DNA of 63,522 bases, filler included, from Chiloscyllium plagiosum (taxonomy: Eukaryota), in the NCBI RefSeq assembly GCF_004010195.1. It is 3 parts of one record of this genome, joined end to end, with 100 filler letters (N's around TTAATTAATTAA, not from the genome) between each part and the next. Parts side by side here need not be neighbours in the genome. Positions count along the whole stretch, not along the records: positions 24,247 to 49,630 come from NC_057710.1; positions 49,731 to 63,522 come from NC_057710.1; 1 more part is not named here. One strand, 5' to 3'. The notes below the pieces were generated by a model. It made no database searches, was not told where the DNA came from, and saw nothing but the letters and a program-made list of their open reading frames with translations. The position numbers were made by a program, and so were the translations under genes. This document shows positions 49,355 to 62,687 of this stretch, one piece after another. How positions within the stretch are numbered: position 1 is the stretch's first letter; every line of letters starts with the position of its first letter.

Positions 49355-49630
49355 AGCCATACTTACTGGTAATAGGGGACTCCATCGTGAGAGGAACTGA
49401 CCGGGGTTTTTGTGGCAGCAGACGGGATTTAAGGATGGTGTGTTGCTTTCCTGGTGCTAGAGTGAAAGACATCACGGACAGAGTGCAGGAAATCCTCAAG
49501 GATGAGGGTGAAGAGCCAGAGGTGGTGGTACATGTCGGCACAAATGATGTCGGGAAGAAGAGGAGGAACATACTACAGCGAGACTTCGGAGAACTAGGAA
49601 GAAGGCTGAAAAGCAGAACGTCCAAGGTGG
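49355..49630 (+). mobile_element. CR1 ORF1 SGNH esterase fragment, cut by gap
   Basis: VIGDSIVRGTDRGFCG, CCFPGARVKD, VVHVGTND. Confidence 0.88.
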
Positions 49631-49730
49631 NNNNNNNNNNNNNNNNNNNNNNNNNNNNNNNNNNNNNNNNNNNNTTAATTAATTAANNNNNNNNNNNNNN
49701 NNNNNNNNNNNNNNNNNNNNNNNNNNNNNN
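49631..49730. other. Artificial contig linker N44-TTAATTAATTAA-N44
   Basis: Same 100-nt layout as 24147-24246. Confidence 0.95.
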
Positions 49731-50935
49731 CCAAGGATACTGGTGCCCCTCAGGTTCAGGTGTAGACCATCCTGTTTATAGAGGTCCCATCGTCCCCAGA
49801 AAGAACCCCAGTTATCCAAAAACCGGAATCCCTCCCTCCTGCACCATCCCTTTAGCCACGCATTTAAGTGTTCTCTTTCCCTATTCCTCGAATCTCTATG
49901 ACGTGGCACGGGTAACAAACCAGAGACAACAACTGTGTTCGTTCTAACTCTGAGCTTCCAACCTAGCTCCCTGAAAGCCTGTCTCACTTCCTCGGCACTC
50001 CTCCTACCTATGTCGTTGGTGCCAATGTGGACCACGACTTCGGGTTGCTCCCCCTCCCCCTCCAGGACCGGGAAAACACGATCAGAGACATCACGTACCC
50101 TTGCACCTGGGAGGGAACGTACCAAACGTGAGTCTCTCTCGTTCCCACAAAACCGCCTATCTGTGCCCCGAACTTTCGAGTCCCCAATTACTACTGCTCT
50201 GCTCTTCTTCACCCTTCCCTTCTGAGTAACGGGGACAGGCTGCGTGCCAGAGGCCTGAGCCCCGTTACTTGCCCCTGTTAAGTCGTCCCCCCCCCAGTAT
50301 CCAAAACGGTATACTTGTTCTTGAGGGGGACGGCTGCAGGGGGTCCCTGCACTGTCTGCTTCCTCCCAGTCCCCCTCACTGTCCCCTATCTATCTGCCAT
50401 CTTTGGAGTTACTACTTCCCTAAAGCTCCGATCTATGATCCCCTCTGCCTCCCGAATGATCCTAAGTTCATCCAACTCCATTTCCAGTTCCCTAATGCGG
50501 TCTTGGAGGAGCTGGAGATGGGTGCACTTCCTGCAAGTGTAATCAGCAGGGACGTCCATGGCATCCCTCACCTCAAACATGTTGCAAGAGGAACATTGCA
50601 CTGCCTTCACTGCCATCCCTCTGAAAGTAACCTTTTATATTAAAAAAACTGGGTCTAAAGAATACAACAAGCAAAATGCAGCACTTACCTACACCACAAC
50701 GGGTCTTATTATTTAGGTTAGAGGAGGAGGGCGGGTGGGAGGCACCTCCGTAGTGCCTCGGGTTCTTCTCCTGCTCGCTTTTATAGGAAAAAACCTACCC
50801 GGCTGCCCCTCCGGTCTTCGTCACTTCCCCCTGCTGCTCCCGCTCTTTCTGTAAAAGAGAGAAAAAAAAACACTGCTGCCCGCTACCGGTCAGTAATTTT
50901 AAAACAAAAAGTCTTACCTTAGCTGCTGCTCTCAC
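49731..50935 (-). mobile_element. CR1 5' portion (5' UTR + ORF1), cut by gap
   Basis: MAVKAVQCSSCNMFE..YTCRKC; VIGDS, HIGTND, DGLHLN esterase motifs. Confidence 0.92.
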
Positions 50936-50944
50936 TCAAAGTGA

Positions 50945-51192
50945 CCGTTTCATTGGTTTTAATATTGTCAAAATACTAATTGAAACTTGATTGGAATTTT
51001 GTATGTTGGTGTATAATTTAAACTGATTGGCTGAATTTGAATTTGTTTTTGTATCCAGGCAACACAGCACTTAGTTAGTTGTTTCACCCAAATGTTACAT
51101 TGTTACCTTGTTCCGGACTCTCTCTGCTTCTCTCAGTCCTTGCTAGCTTTTCAACTCTCTTAAAGGTATAGTACCCCTACATCTTCGTAACA
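50945..51192 (-). mobile_element. Possible LTR fragment (5' part)
   Basis: Reverse complement starts TGTTACGAAG..cctttaagag, a typical LTR start; other end hidden by CR1 and gap. Confidence 0.4.
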
Positions 51193-52254
51193 GTACTCCA
51201 GCCATTTTCGAAGATCAAGCAAGGGTTTGTAAGAGATGCACTCAAGGGATTCCCTAGTCATCTGTTTGGTTGACTCTGTCTAGCAGTCATCCATTCCCAC
51301 TCTGCCTTAAGCAAGAGAAAACGGTAGTAAACTTGCAATTCCTTGATATTTCTGGAATTACTATTAATGCAATATTTCCATCTTGCAACTAATATTTGGA
51401 AAAGTGTCTGAAATGTTTGTATTTTTCACAAGTGAGTTAAGCATGATTATCATGAAGCGCTTTATATGAACACTGACTTCAGAACATAGAGCTTTTATAA
51501 ATCCAATAATAAAGAAAGGTATTTTGGGGAAATGGCTACACTTCCAACTGGATTGGTTGCAAGGTATTTTGGGGCATCTGGTGATCATGATGTTGAGTGG
51601 ACATTGTTGTTATATGCTATCAACAATTGCAAAACAGTAAATTTGTTCTTTGATGATTTTCCCTGCAGGTTAAACCATTGCAATCCTGTCCGGAAATGCA
51701 ACTAATGTATGTCAAAGCCCAAAAGTGCGCTTTTAGATCACTACCACATTAATGAATATTAGTTGCTGTTTTTCATTGTAACATTTTTGATGTCTTTTGT
51801 GTAGTCCAAAAAAGTGTTTTCTACTTCTAAAGTAATAAATAAATTTAGTACTTGAGTTGTATTAATTGAAGGTTAAAATAAATGATGACAGTTACATAGC
51901 TCGATCAGTGATAACTATTTTCTGATTTGCAACGTTGGTCTGTCAGAAGTGTCTCTTGAATCTTTGACTAAGAGTTGACTTGATTGCCTTTATTGATTGA
52001 TAAATGGAAAAAAACATTGTTTTGGGTTAAGTTCCAATTTTTGAAGAAACGCTAAACAGAAGAAGGGTGTCATTTGGAACATAGGATGAGCACTGCCCTT
52101 TCAACTCTAGAACTTGAGTCTGAATATATTACAGACTGACAACTGACAGGGAGATTGTCTCCACCTTTTGAGTCGCTCGTTGTTCACAACATAAAATTCA
52201 GTTGCAACAGCAGCCTGATGCATTGGAATATTGGAATATTTTTACGTGGGTATC

Positions 52255-52418
52255 TTCCTGATGAACAGCTTATGCTCAAAATGTCAGTATTCCTGATGAA
52301 GAGCTTATGCTCGAAATGTCGAATCTCCTGCTCCTCGGATGCTGCCTGACTAGCTGTTCTTTTCCAGCACCACACTCTTCGACAACGATCTCTAACATCT
52401 GCAGTGGTCATGTTCTCC
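52255..52418 (+). mobile_element. PLE family A terminus with tandemly duplicated hammerhead
   Basis: CTGATGA at 52258 and 52293, then gatgctgcctgac..ttttccagcaccacac..catctgcagt. Confidence 0.82.
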
Positions 52419-53851
52419 ATAAGGAGGGAAATAGCCTCTGAGGCTGAGAACAAGTCCCATTATTTCACAGGGATAGACTCATATTCATTCTCCTGTTGCT
52501 TGTGTTTATCTTGACTTGGATGTCATTAATACTGATACTTGGAGTCGAAGTGTCAAGTCATATTGTTGTCCAGAAGGGTCATTCTCCATAATTATCAATA
52601 GACGTGCTTGTTGAAAATCATTCAGTAGGTTTATATAGGTTAGAAGTTATAGAATAAAACTTAAATGGTATCAATAATTTTATTAGCCTCTGAAGATGTA
52701 ATAAATAATTTTAGATGGGATATAGCATTCCATTTTGGCTTTGGTGAGTTTGTTGCACATCAAACAGATCACTTGCTATCCCATTGAGTTGATTGATAGG
52801 AAAAGTAGGCAAGACATAAAGCAGTCAGCAGATAACTACTCTTTGTCTTATGCTACCCTTAAAATTGAGAATTCTATGTTTGACCCCGAAATCGGAATCC
52901 ATTTTGGTCCATCTAAGCTTACAGGCTATAATTTATTTAGGTCTTTTAACTTCCTGTGATTCATGTTTTAATAGGAAGGGCCAGGAGATTGGTCAACATT
53001 GGATGCAGAGGTTTTAATGAAGGAAGATGAAATATGTGGAACCAAAAGTCCAACTCCACACAAAATCCTATTAGACACCCGTTTTGAATTGCCTTTTGGT
53101 AAGTACCTTACAATCACATTTGGAGTAGGGGAACAAATTGTTCAAAGTACAGTTGACAACTGAATGAGTTTAAAATGCTTAATTCTGAGATTATAAATTG
53201 ATTTTGTTGTAAATATCTTTTAATCTCTATCATTTTTCCTGTGCATTAAAAATTTTTATGTTGTAAATCCATTTTGAGTAATTTATCGATCTGAACTTTC
53301 TTTTCCTGTTGTTTCCTTTCCACCATTCTGTACTACTATGATTTGGTTAGGAATATACTCATGAGTTCAGAAGAACAAGGGAACAATCTTAGAAAATTCT
53401 AACAGGAATAGAGGGAAAATGCAGGAAGGTTGGCTGGGGAGTTCAGACCAGAGTCACAGTCCAAGGATATGGGGTAGGCCATACAGGATTGAGAAGAAGA
53501 GAAATGTTTTCACCCAGAAAGTGTGAGCCTGTGGACATCTCTGCCATGAAAGGGGAGTTGTTGGTCAAGTGTTATTATTGCCAGACTACTAAACAAGTGA
53601 CCCAAGTCTTGTTCTAGGAAAACTGGATTTGAATCCCATCATGGGACATGGTAGAATTTGAATTCAATAATTTTTTAAAAAGTCTGGAATTAAGTGTCTA
53701 ATGACCATAAATCCATTGTTGATTGTTGGAAATGTCCTTTAGAGAAGGAAACTGCTAAATTTTCATGGTCAGGCTTAAGTGTCTCCAGTGGATGACTCAA
53801 ATTGGTGGTATAATGGACAGTGAAGAAGGTTGGGTATTTAAGATTGTACTT

Positions 53852-55465
53852 AAGAACATAACAAGAACACAACAGCATAAGAAAGAGGAGCAGGCGTAGG
53901 CCATCTGGCCCATTGAACCTGTAGTGCCATTCAATAAATCATTGCGGATCTTTTCGTAGACTCAGCTCCACTTACTTGCCTGCTAATCTTTACTATTCAA
54001 AAGTCCATCTTTGCCTTAAAAACATTCAACGAGGTAGCATCAGCTGCTGTACTGGACAGGAAATTCCACAGATTCACAACCCTTTTGATGAAAAGTTTCT
54101 CCCCAGATCAGTCCTAAATTTGCTCCCCCTCATTTTGAGGCTATGCCATCCCAGTTCTAGTTTCACCTGCCAGTGGAAGCAACCTCTCTGTTTCTACCTT
54201 ATTTACTCCCTTCATAATTTTGTAAGTTTCTATAAGATCCCCCAATTCTTCTAAATTCCAACGAGTATAGTCCAAGTTTACTCAATCTCTTCTCATAAAC
54301 CAATCTTCTCAACCTTCTCCAGAATCAACGTAGTGACCCTCCTCTGCACCGCCACCAATGCCAGTAAGACAGTACTCCAGGTGTGCCCTTACTAATACCC
54401 TGTACAGCTGCAGCATAACCTCCCTATGTTTTAAGCTTCACTTCTCCAGCAATGAAGGACAATATTCCATTTACTTTCTTCAATACCTGCTGCACCTGCA
54501 AAATAACTTTTCATGATTCATACACAAGGGTACTTAAGTCACTCTGTCCAGCTGTATGTTGCACTATTTGAATAATAGTCCATTTTGCCATTATTCCTAG
54601 AAAATGGATGACCTCACATTTATCAAATTTGTATTCCATATGCCAGGCCCTTGCCCCTGTCTATTGCCTTCTGCAGACTTTCAGAGTCATCTGCACACTT
54701 TGCTCTGCCACTCAGTTTAGTTTCATTCGTGATCTTTGATTCACTGCACTTGGTCTCCAACTCTATATCGTCTATGTAAAGTGTAAACAATTGTTCCAAC
54801 ACTGATCCCTAAGGCACACCACTAGCCACTGATCACCAATCAGAAAAACACCCATTTATCCCATTCTTGTTTTCTGTTAGTTAACCAATCGTGCTAATAC
54901 CGAGAAATTACCCGTAATGCGTGCATCCTTATCTTATGCAGTGGCATTTTGTGTGGAATCTTGTCGAATGCCTTTTGAAAATCCAGATACACCATATCTG
55001 CCGGTTCCCTATTATCCACCGCGCTTGTAATTCCCTCAAAGAATTCCAGTAAATTAATTAAACATGATTTGCCCTTCATGAACCCATGCTGTGTTAGTCC
55101 GATGGGACACTTTCTGTACAGATGTTAAGCTATTTTTTCATTGTTTATAGATTCAAGCATTTTCCCCAGTACATAAGTTAAGCTAACAGGCCTACAGTTA
55201 CCTGCCTTTTGTTGACTTGCTTTTTTAAACAGTGGCATCACATTTGCTGTTTTTAATCGACTGGAACCACCCCAGAGTCTAGCAAATTTTGGTGAATTAC
55301 AATGAGTGCACTTGCTTTTCCCTCAGCCATCTCTTTTAGTTCCCTGGGATGCATTCCATCAGGGCCAGGAGACTTGTCTACCTTTAGTCCCATTAGCTTA
55401 ACTACCTCTTTCATGATGATGATCATTTCTCGGTTCTCACCTGTCATAGCCGCCTTGTCATCAAT
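53852..55465 (-). mobile_element. CR1 RT-3' fragment with deletions
   Basis: KSPGPDGMHPRELKE, SCLINLLEFFE, YLDFQKAFDK; tail (ttcttatg-like) at left end. Confidence 0.88.
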
Positions 55466-56205
55466 GACATGTTATCTAAGAGTACAATGTGGTCTGGATC
55501 AACTGTGCCAATGGACCAAGGAATGGCAGATGGAATTTAATTTAGATTAATGGGAAGTGTTGCATTTTGGTAAGACAAACCAGGGCAGGACTTACACAAT
55601 TAAGGGTAGGGCCCTGGGGAGTGTTGTTAAGTAAAGAGATCTTGGAGTGCATGTCAAAAGTTCCTTGAATATGACATCACAGGTAGACAGGGAGGTGAAG
55701 AAGGCATTTGGCGCACTTGCCTTCATCGGTCAGAGCATTGAGTGCAGGAATCAGGATGTCTTGTTCCAGATGTACAAGACATTGGTAAGGCCACATTCAG
55801 AGTACTGTGTTAAATTCTGGTCTCCCTGTTATAGAAACAATGTCATTAAACTGGAAAGGGTACAGAAGAGTTTTCCAAGGGGACTTACTGAGACTGTATT
55901 GGAGTTATAAGGAGAGGCTGGATCAGCTGGGACTTTTTTTCATTGGAGTGTAGGAGGCTGAGGAATGACGTGATCAAGGTCTATAAAATTAGGCGAAGAA
56001 ATTGGTGAAAAGCCAAGATCTTCTCCCCAGGATAGGGGAGTCCAAAACTAGAGAACATAAGTTTAAGGTAAGAGGAGAAAGATTTAAAAGGGACCTGAGG
56101 ACCGACATTTTCAAGCTGTCAGAGGAAGTGGTAAAAGCATATACAATTATACCATTTCAAAGATATTGGAGCAGTACATGGAGAGGACAGGTATAGAGAC
56201 ATATG

Positions 56206-56397
56206 TGGGTCGAGAGTGTGGTGCTGGAAAAGTACAGCAGGTCAGGCACCATCCGAGGAACAGAAGAATTGATCTTCATCAGGCTTATGCTCAAAACGTC
56301 GATTCTCATGCTCCTTGGAAGCTGCCTGACCTGCTGTGCTTTTCCAGCACCACACTCCCGACTCTCATCTCCAGCATCTGTAGTCCTCACTTTCTCC
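56206..56397. mobile_element. Fold-back mini-PLE (family A) with TSD
   Basis: gtggtgctggaaaagtacagcaggtcaggca / tgcctgacctgctgtgcttttccagcaccac arms; TSD atagag(a/g)catatg at 56193-56205 and 56398-56410. Confidence 0.85.
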
Positions 56398-57499
56398 ATA
56401 GAGGCATATGGGCCAAACACAAGAAAATGGGACCAATTCAGTTCAAGAAACTGGGTATGCATGGACAAGTTGAGCCAAAGGCTGTTTCTGTGCTGTATGA
56501 CTCTGACCCACAGCAATGTGGTTGACTGTTAACTGGCCTCTGGGATGGGCAATAAATGCTGTCTTAGCCAGCAATGCCCTCATCCTGTAAATTAATAAAA
56601 TTAAAGCAGCTGAGGCCAAAACATTGAATGCTTTCAAGGAGGATTTAGAAGTAGCTCTTGGAGCTAAAGCATCCAAGATGGGGAGAAAGCAAGGACTGAG
56701 TTGAATGGTCAGCTGTAATCATTTTAATAGCAGAACAGGCTCCAAGGGCTGAATGGCTTATTCCTACTCCTATTTTCTATGTTTCATTATTTAGTCTCGG
56801 CAAAAACGTTAGCTTTGCATTAAACTTGAAAGCAGAATACTCCAGGTGCTGGAAATCTGTAATTAAAAGCAAAATACTGGAAAAGGTCCTGCTCCTCTCT
56901 ATGGATGTTCAGTGTTCTCAGCATTAGCTTGCAAAAAGTATCCTTATTAAAGTCTTTTGTCAATTGATACATACATCATCACCATACAGTTATATGATCT
57001 AAGTCTTTTGTTACAAATCTTATCATGAATAAAAGACAGATTATTGCCTGATTCTATTTATTACATGGATGGATGTAAAGCTTTTAAAAAATGTAGGTGA
57101 GTAACTGTTGCTGTTTTGTTATTGTGATTGTATTAAGTGTTCTGTATTTATCTCTGTGGAAAACGTGATACATTTCATGTTGTATGTTCGTTTCCATCAG
57201 AAAAGAAAACTTTCAGTGTTGTGTGAATTAATTATTAATGATATTTTGGCAGTTAATATTCTTTGTAAAATTTAATGTCTTGCATGAAAGGTTGATGGTG
57301 GGGAGACACTTAAACAAAGAAAAGGTGAGGATTCTGCTACCATCCTGCCTCTGCCATGATTGACTACTTGGTGGGGTGGCCCATCCCACTGACATGTTGA
57401 GGTCCATGAGTTGGCATTTATTGTCATTTCATGCCTATTTAAGTGTCTTTAGCTGGAGTCTAAGGGTTTTATAGCATGCAAAGAGGACTTGGAGCCATG

Positions 57500-58838
57500 C
57501 TTGCCATCAAACACCTCTCAACTCTAGTACCATTTTTTAACACTTAGCTTATAGCCTTGCATTCTATGGCACTTGAAGTGATGACATAAACACTACTTAA
57601 ATTTTGTATTGGTTCTTGCACCCAGCCTTTCAGCAGTGAATTCCGGATATCCATTCCCCTCTGGGTGAAAAAAAGTCTGCCTGAAATCTCTTGCTGTCTG
57701 TCTTTACATCTATGCCTCCTGGTTATTGATTCCTCTGCTGAAGGGAAACATTTCTTCCTATCTACCCCTATCTCTGCCCCTCATTTGTTTGGTACACCTC
57801 AGTCAGGTTCTCCTTCAACCTTCCCCAAGCTGAGGAAAACAAGCCCAGCCTATCTTGTCCTTCTTCACAGTTGAAACACGATAATTATCTTCTGCACCCT
57901 AATGTAATCTTGTCCTTCTCATAGTGTGGTGACCAGAATTGTACACAATTTAGGCTCCAGCTGACGCCTAAATATCTTGTGTAACTCTGCCGCAATCTCC
58001 TTTCTCTTGTATTCAGTGCCTTGATTAATAAAATCAAATACTCCATACGCTTACTTGATCATCTTATCCACCTGTTATGTTTCTTTTAAGGATCTTTGGA
58101 CATGCACACTGAGTCCCACTGATCCTTTTTACTTCTTAGAGTCCTACCATTCTACGTATACTCCCTTGCTGTGTTAAACCTCCCAAAATGCAGCAACTCA
58201 AACTTTTCAGGATTAAATTCCAGTTTGCATTGTTCTCCAATCTGATTAGCCCATCTGCATTGTCATGTAATCTATGTCTCCTCACTATTTATCACACATC
58301 TAATTTATATCATCTGCGAATTTACGGATGATATCTCCTGTACACTGATGTGTGGATCATTAAAGTTGACTACAAACCTGAAAGGACCCAGCACTAAACC
58401 CAGTGATTTAATAGACACAGACACCCAGTCATAAAAACACTTTCAACTATCATTCTATCCCTCCTGACTGAGCCAATTTTAGATTTAATTTGTCACATAG
58501 CCCTAAATCCCATGTGCTATTAGCTTCTTAACTGATCTGGCATGCAATACCCTGTCAAAGGCCTTAGTGAATCCATGTAAACAACAACTGCACTGCCATC
58601 ATCCACATGCCTTGTCAGCTCTTCGAAAAACTGAATCAAACCTGTCAGACATAACGTCCCTCCGAAAAAGACATGCTGACTGTTCTTGCCTCTTAAAATG
58701 GAGGTGAATGCAGTGCCTCAGAATCTTTTTGAATAGCTTCATGACCACTGATGACCACTCACTGGCCGAGAGTTACCTGGTTCATCACTACCACACTTCT
58801 TGAATAATCCTACTGCATACATTGTCCTCCAGTCCTTT
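57500..58838 (-). mobile_element. Old CR1 RT-3' fragment
   Basis: Reverse complement gives PGNSRPVS, MDSLRPLTGY (decayed DFSKAFD), KFADD and QFWSPH-like sequence. Confidence 0.75.
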
Positions 58839-58839
58839 G

Positions 58840-59117
58840 AGGGGAGGTAATGGCCTAATGGTATTATTGCTAGACTCTGGTAATGTTCTGGGACACGGGT
58901 TTGAATCCTGCCATGGCAGATGGTAAAATTTGAATTCAATAAGTATCTGGAATTAGAAGTCTAGTAGTGACCATGAAATCACTCTCGATAATCAGGAAAA
59001 ACCCATCTGGTTCACCCATGTGCTTTACGGAAGGAAACTGTCATCCTTACCTGGTCTAGCCTACGTGTGACTCTAGACCCACATCAATGTGGTTAACTCT
59101 AAACAATTAGGGATGGA
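58840..59117 (+). mobile_element. SINE family B, near full length
   Basis: A box tggcctaatgg, B box ggtttgaatcc, body gaaggaaactgtcatccttacctggtct, tail aattagggatgg. Confidence 0.8.
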
Positions 59118-59701
59118 TTGCAGAGTGAGTTTTTAGAAGATTTGTAGCTCAGGTTGAGGTTCTGGATGTAAGTTTGCTTACTGCGGTGAAAGGTTCGTTT
59201 TCAGATGTTTTGTCACCATACTAGGTAGCATTAGTGATAGTGACCTGTTTTCTATTTGTGTTTCGATCTCCTTGGGTTGGTGATGTCATTTTCTGTGATG
59301 ATATGATTTCCTGTTCTTTTTATCAGAGGGTGGTTCTAACTGACACTGTATCAACAAACACATTAACTTGGACCCCATTTATCACCCTCCCATCCACCCC
59401 AGCTTTGTGTCACCTGCAAACTTGGAAATATTACATTATTACATTCAATCTTGTAAGATGCAACTGTACTTCCTGCATGAATGCCTCAGAAAACAGGTAT
59501 TACCACGATGTGTCAAATACAAACCACATCTCAACATTCCACAAGCCAGGAGAACAGCAGAACAGAACGGCTACAAGCAATGATAAATGGGATGCCCACA
59601 ACCAACTCCACAAATACAAAAGAGAAATTTCACATGAAAACACTAACGCAACTGACCATGAATGGACAACTATGCTAGAATGAGCCAGCATCATTAAACA
59701 A

Positions 59702-59972
59702 GGGGTAGCACAGTGGCTCTGTGGTTAACACTGCTGCCTCACAGCAACAGGGACCTGGGTTTGATTCCAGCCTTCGATTCTCCCTGTGTCTGTGTGAGTT
59801 TCCTCTGGGTGCTCTGGTTTTCTCCCACAGTCGAAAGATGTGCCGGTCAGGTGAATTGGTCATGCTAAATTGCCCATAGTGTTAGGTGCGTAGTCAGCGT
59901 GAAATGGGTCTGGGTGGGTTACTCTTCTGAGGGTCGGCATGGCCTGTTTCCACACTGTAGAGAATCTAATCT
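59702..59972 (+). mobile_element. HE1-type V-SINE
   Basis: tRNA head, V-domain, aatctaatct tail. Confidence 0.88.
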
Positions 59973-61526
59973 CATCGAAACAGCTGAACAAAGAATGGAC
60001 TGGCTGTACAAGAGAAAGTAACCAACCTCACCCACAGCAACGACATGGACAAATCAGAGACCTGTATCAAGAGTCTATCTGACCGACCACTCTCAGACAC
60101 TGAAAAAGCCGTCCTAGTACGAGGGATGAACTGCAACCACAGGGAGGCAGACAAAAAGGACTTCCTAGGAATCCACCCTTAAAGACAATGGACTGATAGA
60201 AGAAACCCAGAAGGCCATCAGACGGTAACACCAACACTTAGCAGAAAGAAACAAAGGAACACCCTTGATACACTTGAAAGGAAAGCTCCGAAAGGACTCA
60301 GAAAAGACAAATATTGTAATCCTACCTGTGGACAAACAGCACATGACCGTCATCCTGAACAGAACACAGTATATGGAAAAGGTGAGCACACTAATAACCG
60401 AAACCAACACCTATCAACAGGTAACGATGGACTCAACTTCACATTACAGCAACCCTGAGGAACTACACAAAGCAGATGAAATTAATAAGACAGGCTTCCA
60501 AAGAATGAAATCAGAATGATCCAATGCACCGTATTCTTATAGATTACCAGAGCTGCACAATCAAGCTCCCTGTCCCCGCCCCGACCAGAGTCTCAGTTCC
60601 CAGCGTACCAACACACAGGCTAGCAAAGGAACTGCAATGAAAACTAAAACACCCATTAGACGAAACAACCCAGTCCATCCATGTCGCCCAGGAATTTCTT
60701 AACATCATCAAAGACACCAAGATAGAGGACAACACGGTCATGGTTTCCTTCAACGTGACGGTTCTATTCACATCGATAAACACTGGCCTCACTGCTAGAC
60801 GAACCAGGCATACAAACACTCGACAGCGCCAACTCCATCAGCAAGGAAAGCATCATCAAACTGTTGGACCTGTGCCTCACAACACATTTCACCTTCAACG
60901 ACAATGTCTACAAATAAATCAGTGGGATGCTTATGGGATCACCAATATGCAGAGGTTAGAAAGAGCAGCCCTTCCCATGATTCAGCCTAAGCTTTGGGTC
61001 CACTGTGTAGATGACACCTTTGCCATCACGAAACGCGACAAGCCCAAAGAAACCCATAAACAGTATCTTCACTGGTATAAAATTCATCAAAGGGGAAGAG
61101 AACAACAACTGACTCCCCTTCTTAGATGTCAGGATAGAACGAAAAGTCAATGGAGGACTGTAGACCAGTGTTTACAGGAAGGCCACACCCAATGACCAAT
61201 ATTCAACTACAGAAGCAACCATCCCAACACCTTCAAATGGAGCTCCATCAGGACATTATTTAAATGAGCCACAACACACTGCAGCACCCTGGAACTATGA
61301 GAAGCCGAGGAGAAACATCTATACAATGTTTTCAGGAACAATGGTTACCTGATAAGCTCAGTTGGCCGATGTCTGCACAACAGACCTAAACAGGAAGATA
61401 CAATACGCCCAGGGATTCTAGTCACTCTACCATACATCAAACACATTTCAGAGATGACCACCAGACTACTCTGGCCCCTAGGCATCATGGTAGCCCACAA
61501 ACCTACGACCACACTAAAACAACTAC

Positions 61527-62687
61527 TGAGGATTGATGAGGGCAGAGGGGTGGATGTGATCTATATGGACTTTTAATAAGGCATTCGACAAGTTTCCCCA
61601 TGGGAGACTGATTAGTGAAGTTAGATCTCATGGAATACAGGGAGAACTAGCCATTTGGATACAGAACTAGCTCAAAGGTTGAAGACAGAGGATGGTGGTG
61701 GAGGGTTGTTTTTCAGACTGGAGGCCTGTGACCAGTGGAGTGCCACAAGGATCGGTGCTGGGTCCACTACTTTTTGTCATTTACATAAATGATTTAGATG
61801 TGAGCATAAGAGGTATGGTTAGGAAGTTTGCAGATGCCACCAAAATTGGAGGTGTAGTGGACAGCGAAGAAGGTTACCTCAGAATACAACAGGACCTTGA
61901 TCAGGTGGGCCAATGGGCTGAGAAGTGGCAGATGGAGTTTACTTTAATAAATGCAGGTCCTAGGGAATGTTGTTGAACAAAGAGACCTTGGAGTGCAGGT
62001 TCATAGCTCCTTGAAAGTGGAGTCGCAGGTGGTTAGGATAGTGAAGAAGGCTTTTGATATGCTTTCCTTTATTGGTCAGAGTATTAAGTACAGGAGTTGG
62101 GAGGTCATGTTGCGGCTGTACAGAACATTGGTTAGGCCACCTTTGGAATATTGCGTGCAATTCTGGTCTCCTTCCTATCAGAAAGATGTTGTGAAACTTG
62201 AAAGGGTTCAAAAAAGATTTATAAGGATGTTGCCAGGGTTGGAGGATTTGAGCTATAGGGAGAGGTTGAATAGGCTGGGCTATTTTCCCTTGAACATCGG
62301 AGCCTGAGGGGTTACATTATGTAGAGGTTTACAAAATAATGAGGGGCATGGATAGGATAAATAGACCAGATCTTTTCCCTGGGTGGGGGAGTCCAGAACG
62401 AGAGGGCATTGGTTTAGGGTGAGAGGAGAAAGAAATAAGAGACCTAAGAGGCAACTTTTTCACAGAGGGTGGTGTGTGTATGAAATGAGCTGCCAGAGGA
62501 AGTGGTGGAGGCTGGTACAATTGCAACATTTAAAAGGTATCTGAATGGGTATATGAATAGGAAAGATTTGGAGGGATATGGGCCAGGTGCTGGCAGGTGG
62601 GACTAGATTGGGTTGGGATATCTGATCAGCATGGACGGGTTGGACTGAAGGTTCTGTTTCTGTGCTGCACATATCTGTGACTCTATA
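61527..62687 (+). mobile_element. CR1/HER1-type LINE 3' fragment
   Basis: SGVPQGSVLGPLLF, KFADATK, LYRTLVRPPLEYCVQFWSP; ctgtgactctataa tail. Confidence 0.93.

Larger units (their letters stand above)
53390..56790 (+). mobile_element. Nested stack: CR1 3' fragment > SINE B > CR1 (+) > CR1 (-) and mini-PLE
   Basis: Outer CR1 about 53390-53560 and 56605-56790; SINE B about 53560-53790 and 56495-56600; middle CR1 about 53790-53850 and 55470-56500. Confidence 0.75.

Noticed and set aside
49355..50212. Inverted pair of esterase ORFs as a real structure or host lipase gene
   Set aside because: Both are CR1 ORF1 pieces meeting only across an artificial linker
51669..51706. 38-nt micro-exon candidate (ccctgcag..|gtatgt)
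   Set aside because: Peptide not recognised; such splice-like pairs arise by chance in 63 kb
953..56410. PLE target consensus (several TSDs begin with or near TAG/TAA)
   Set aside because: Fewer than ten sites, mixed families and ambiguous junctions; not enough to call a motif
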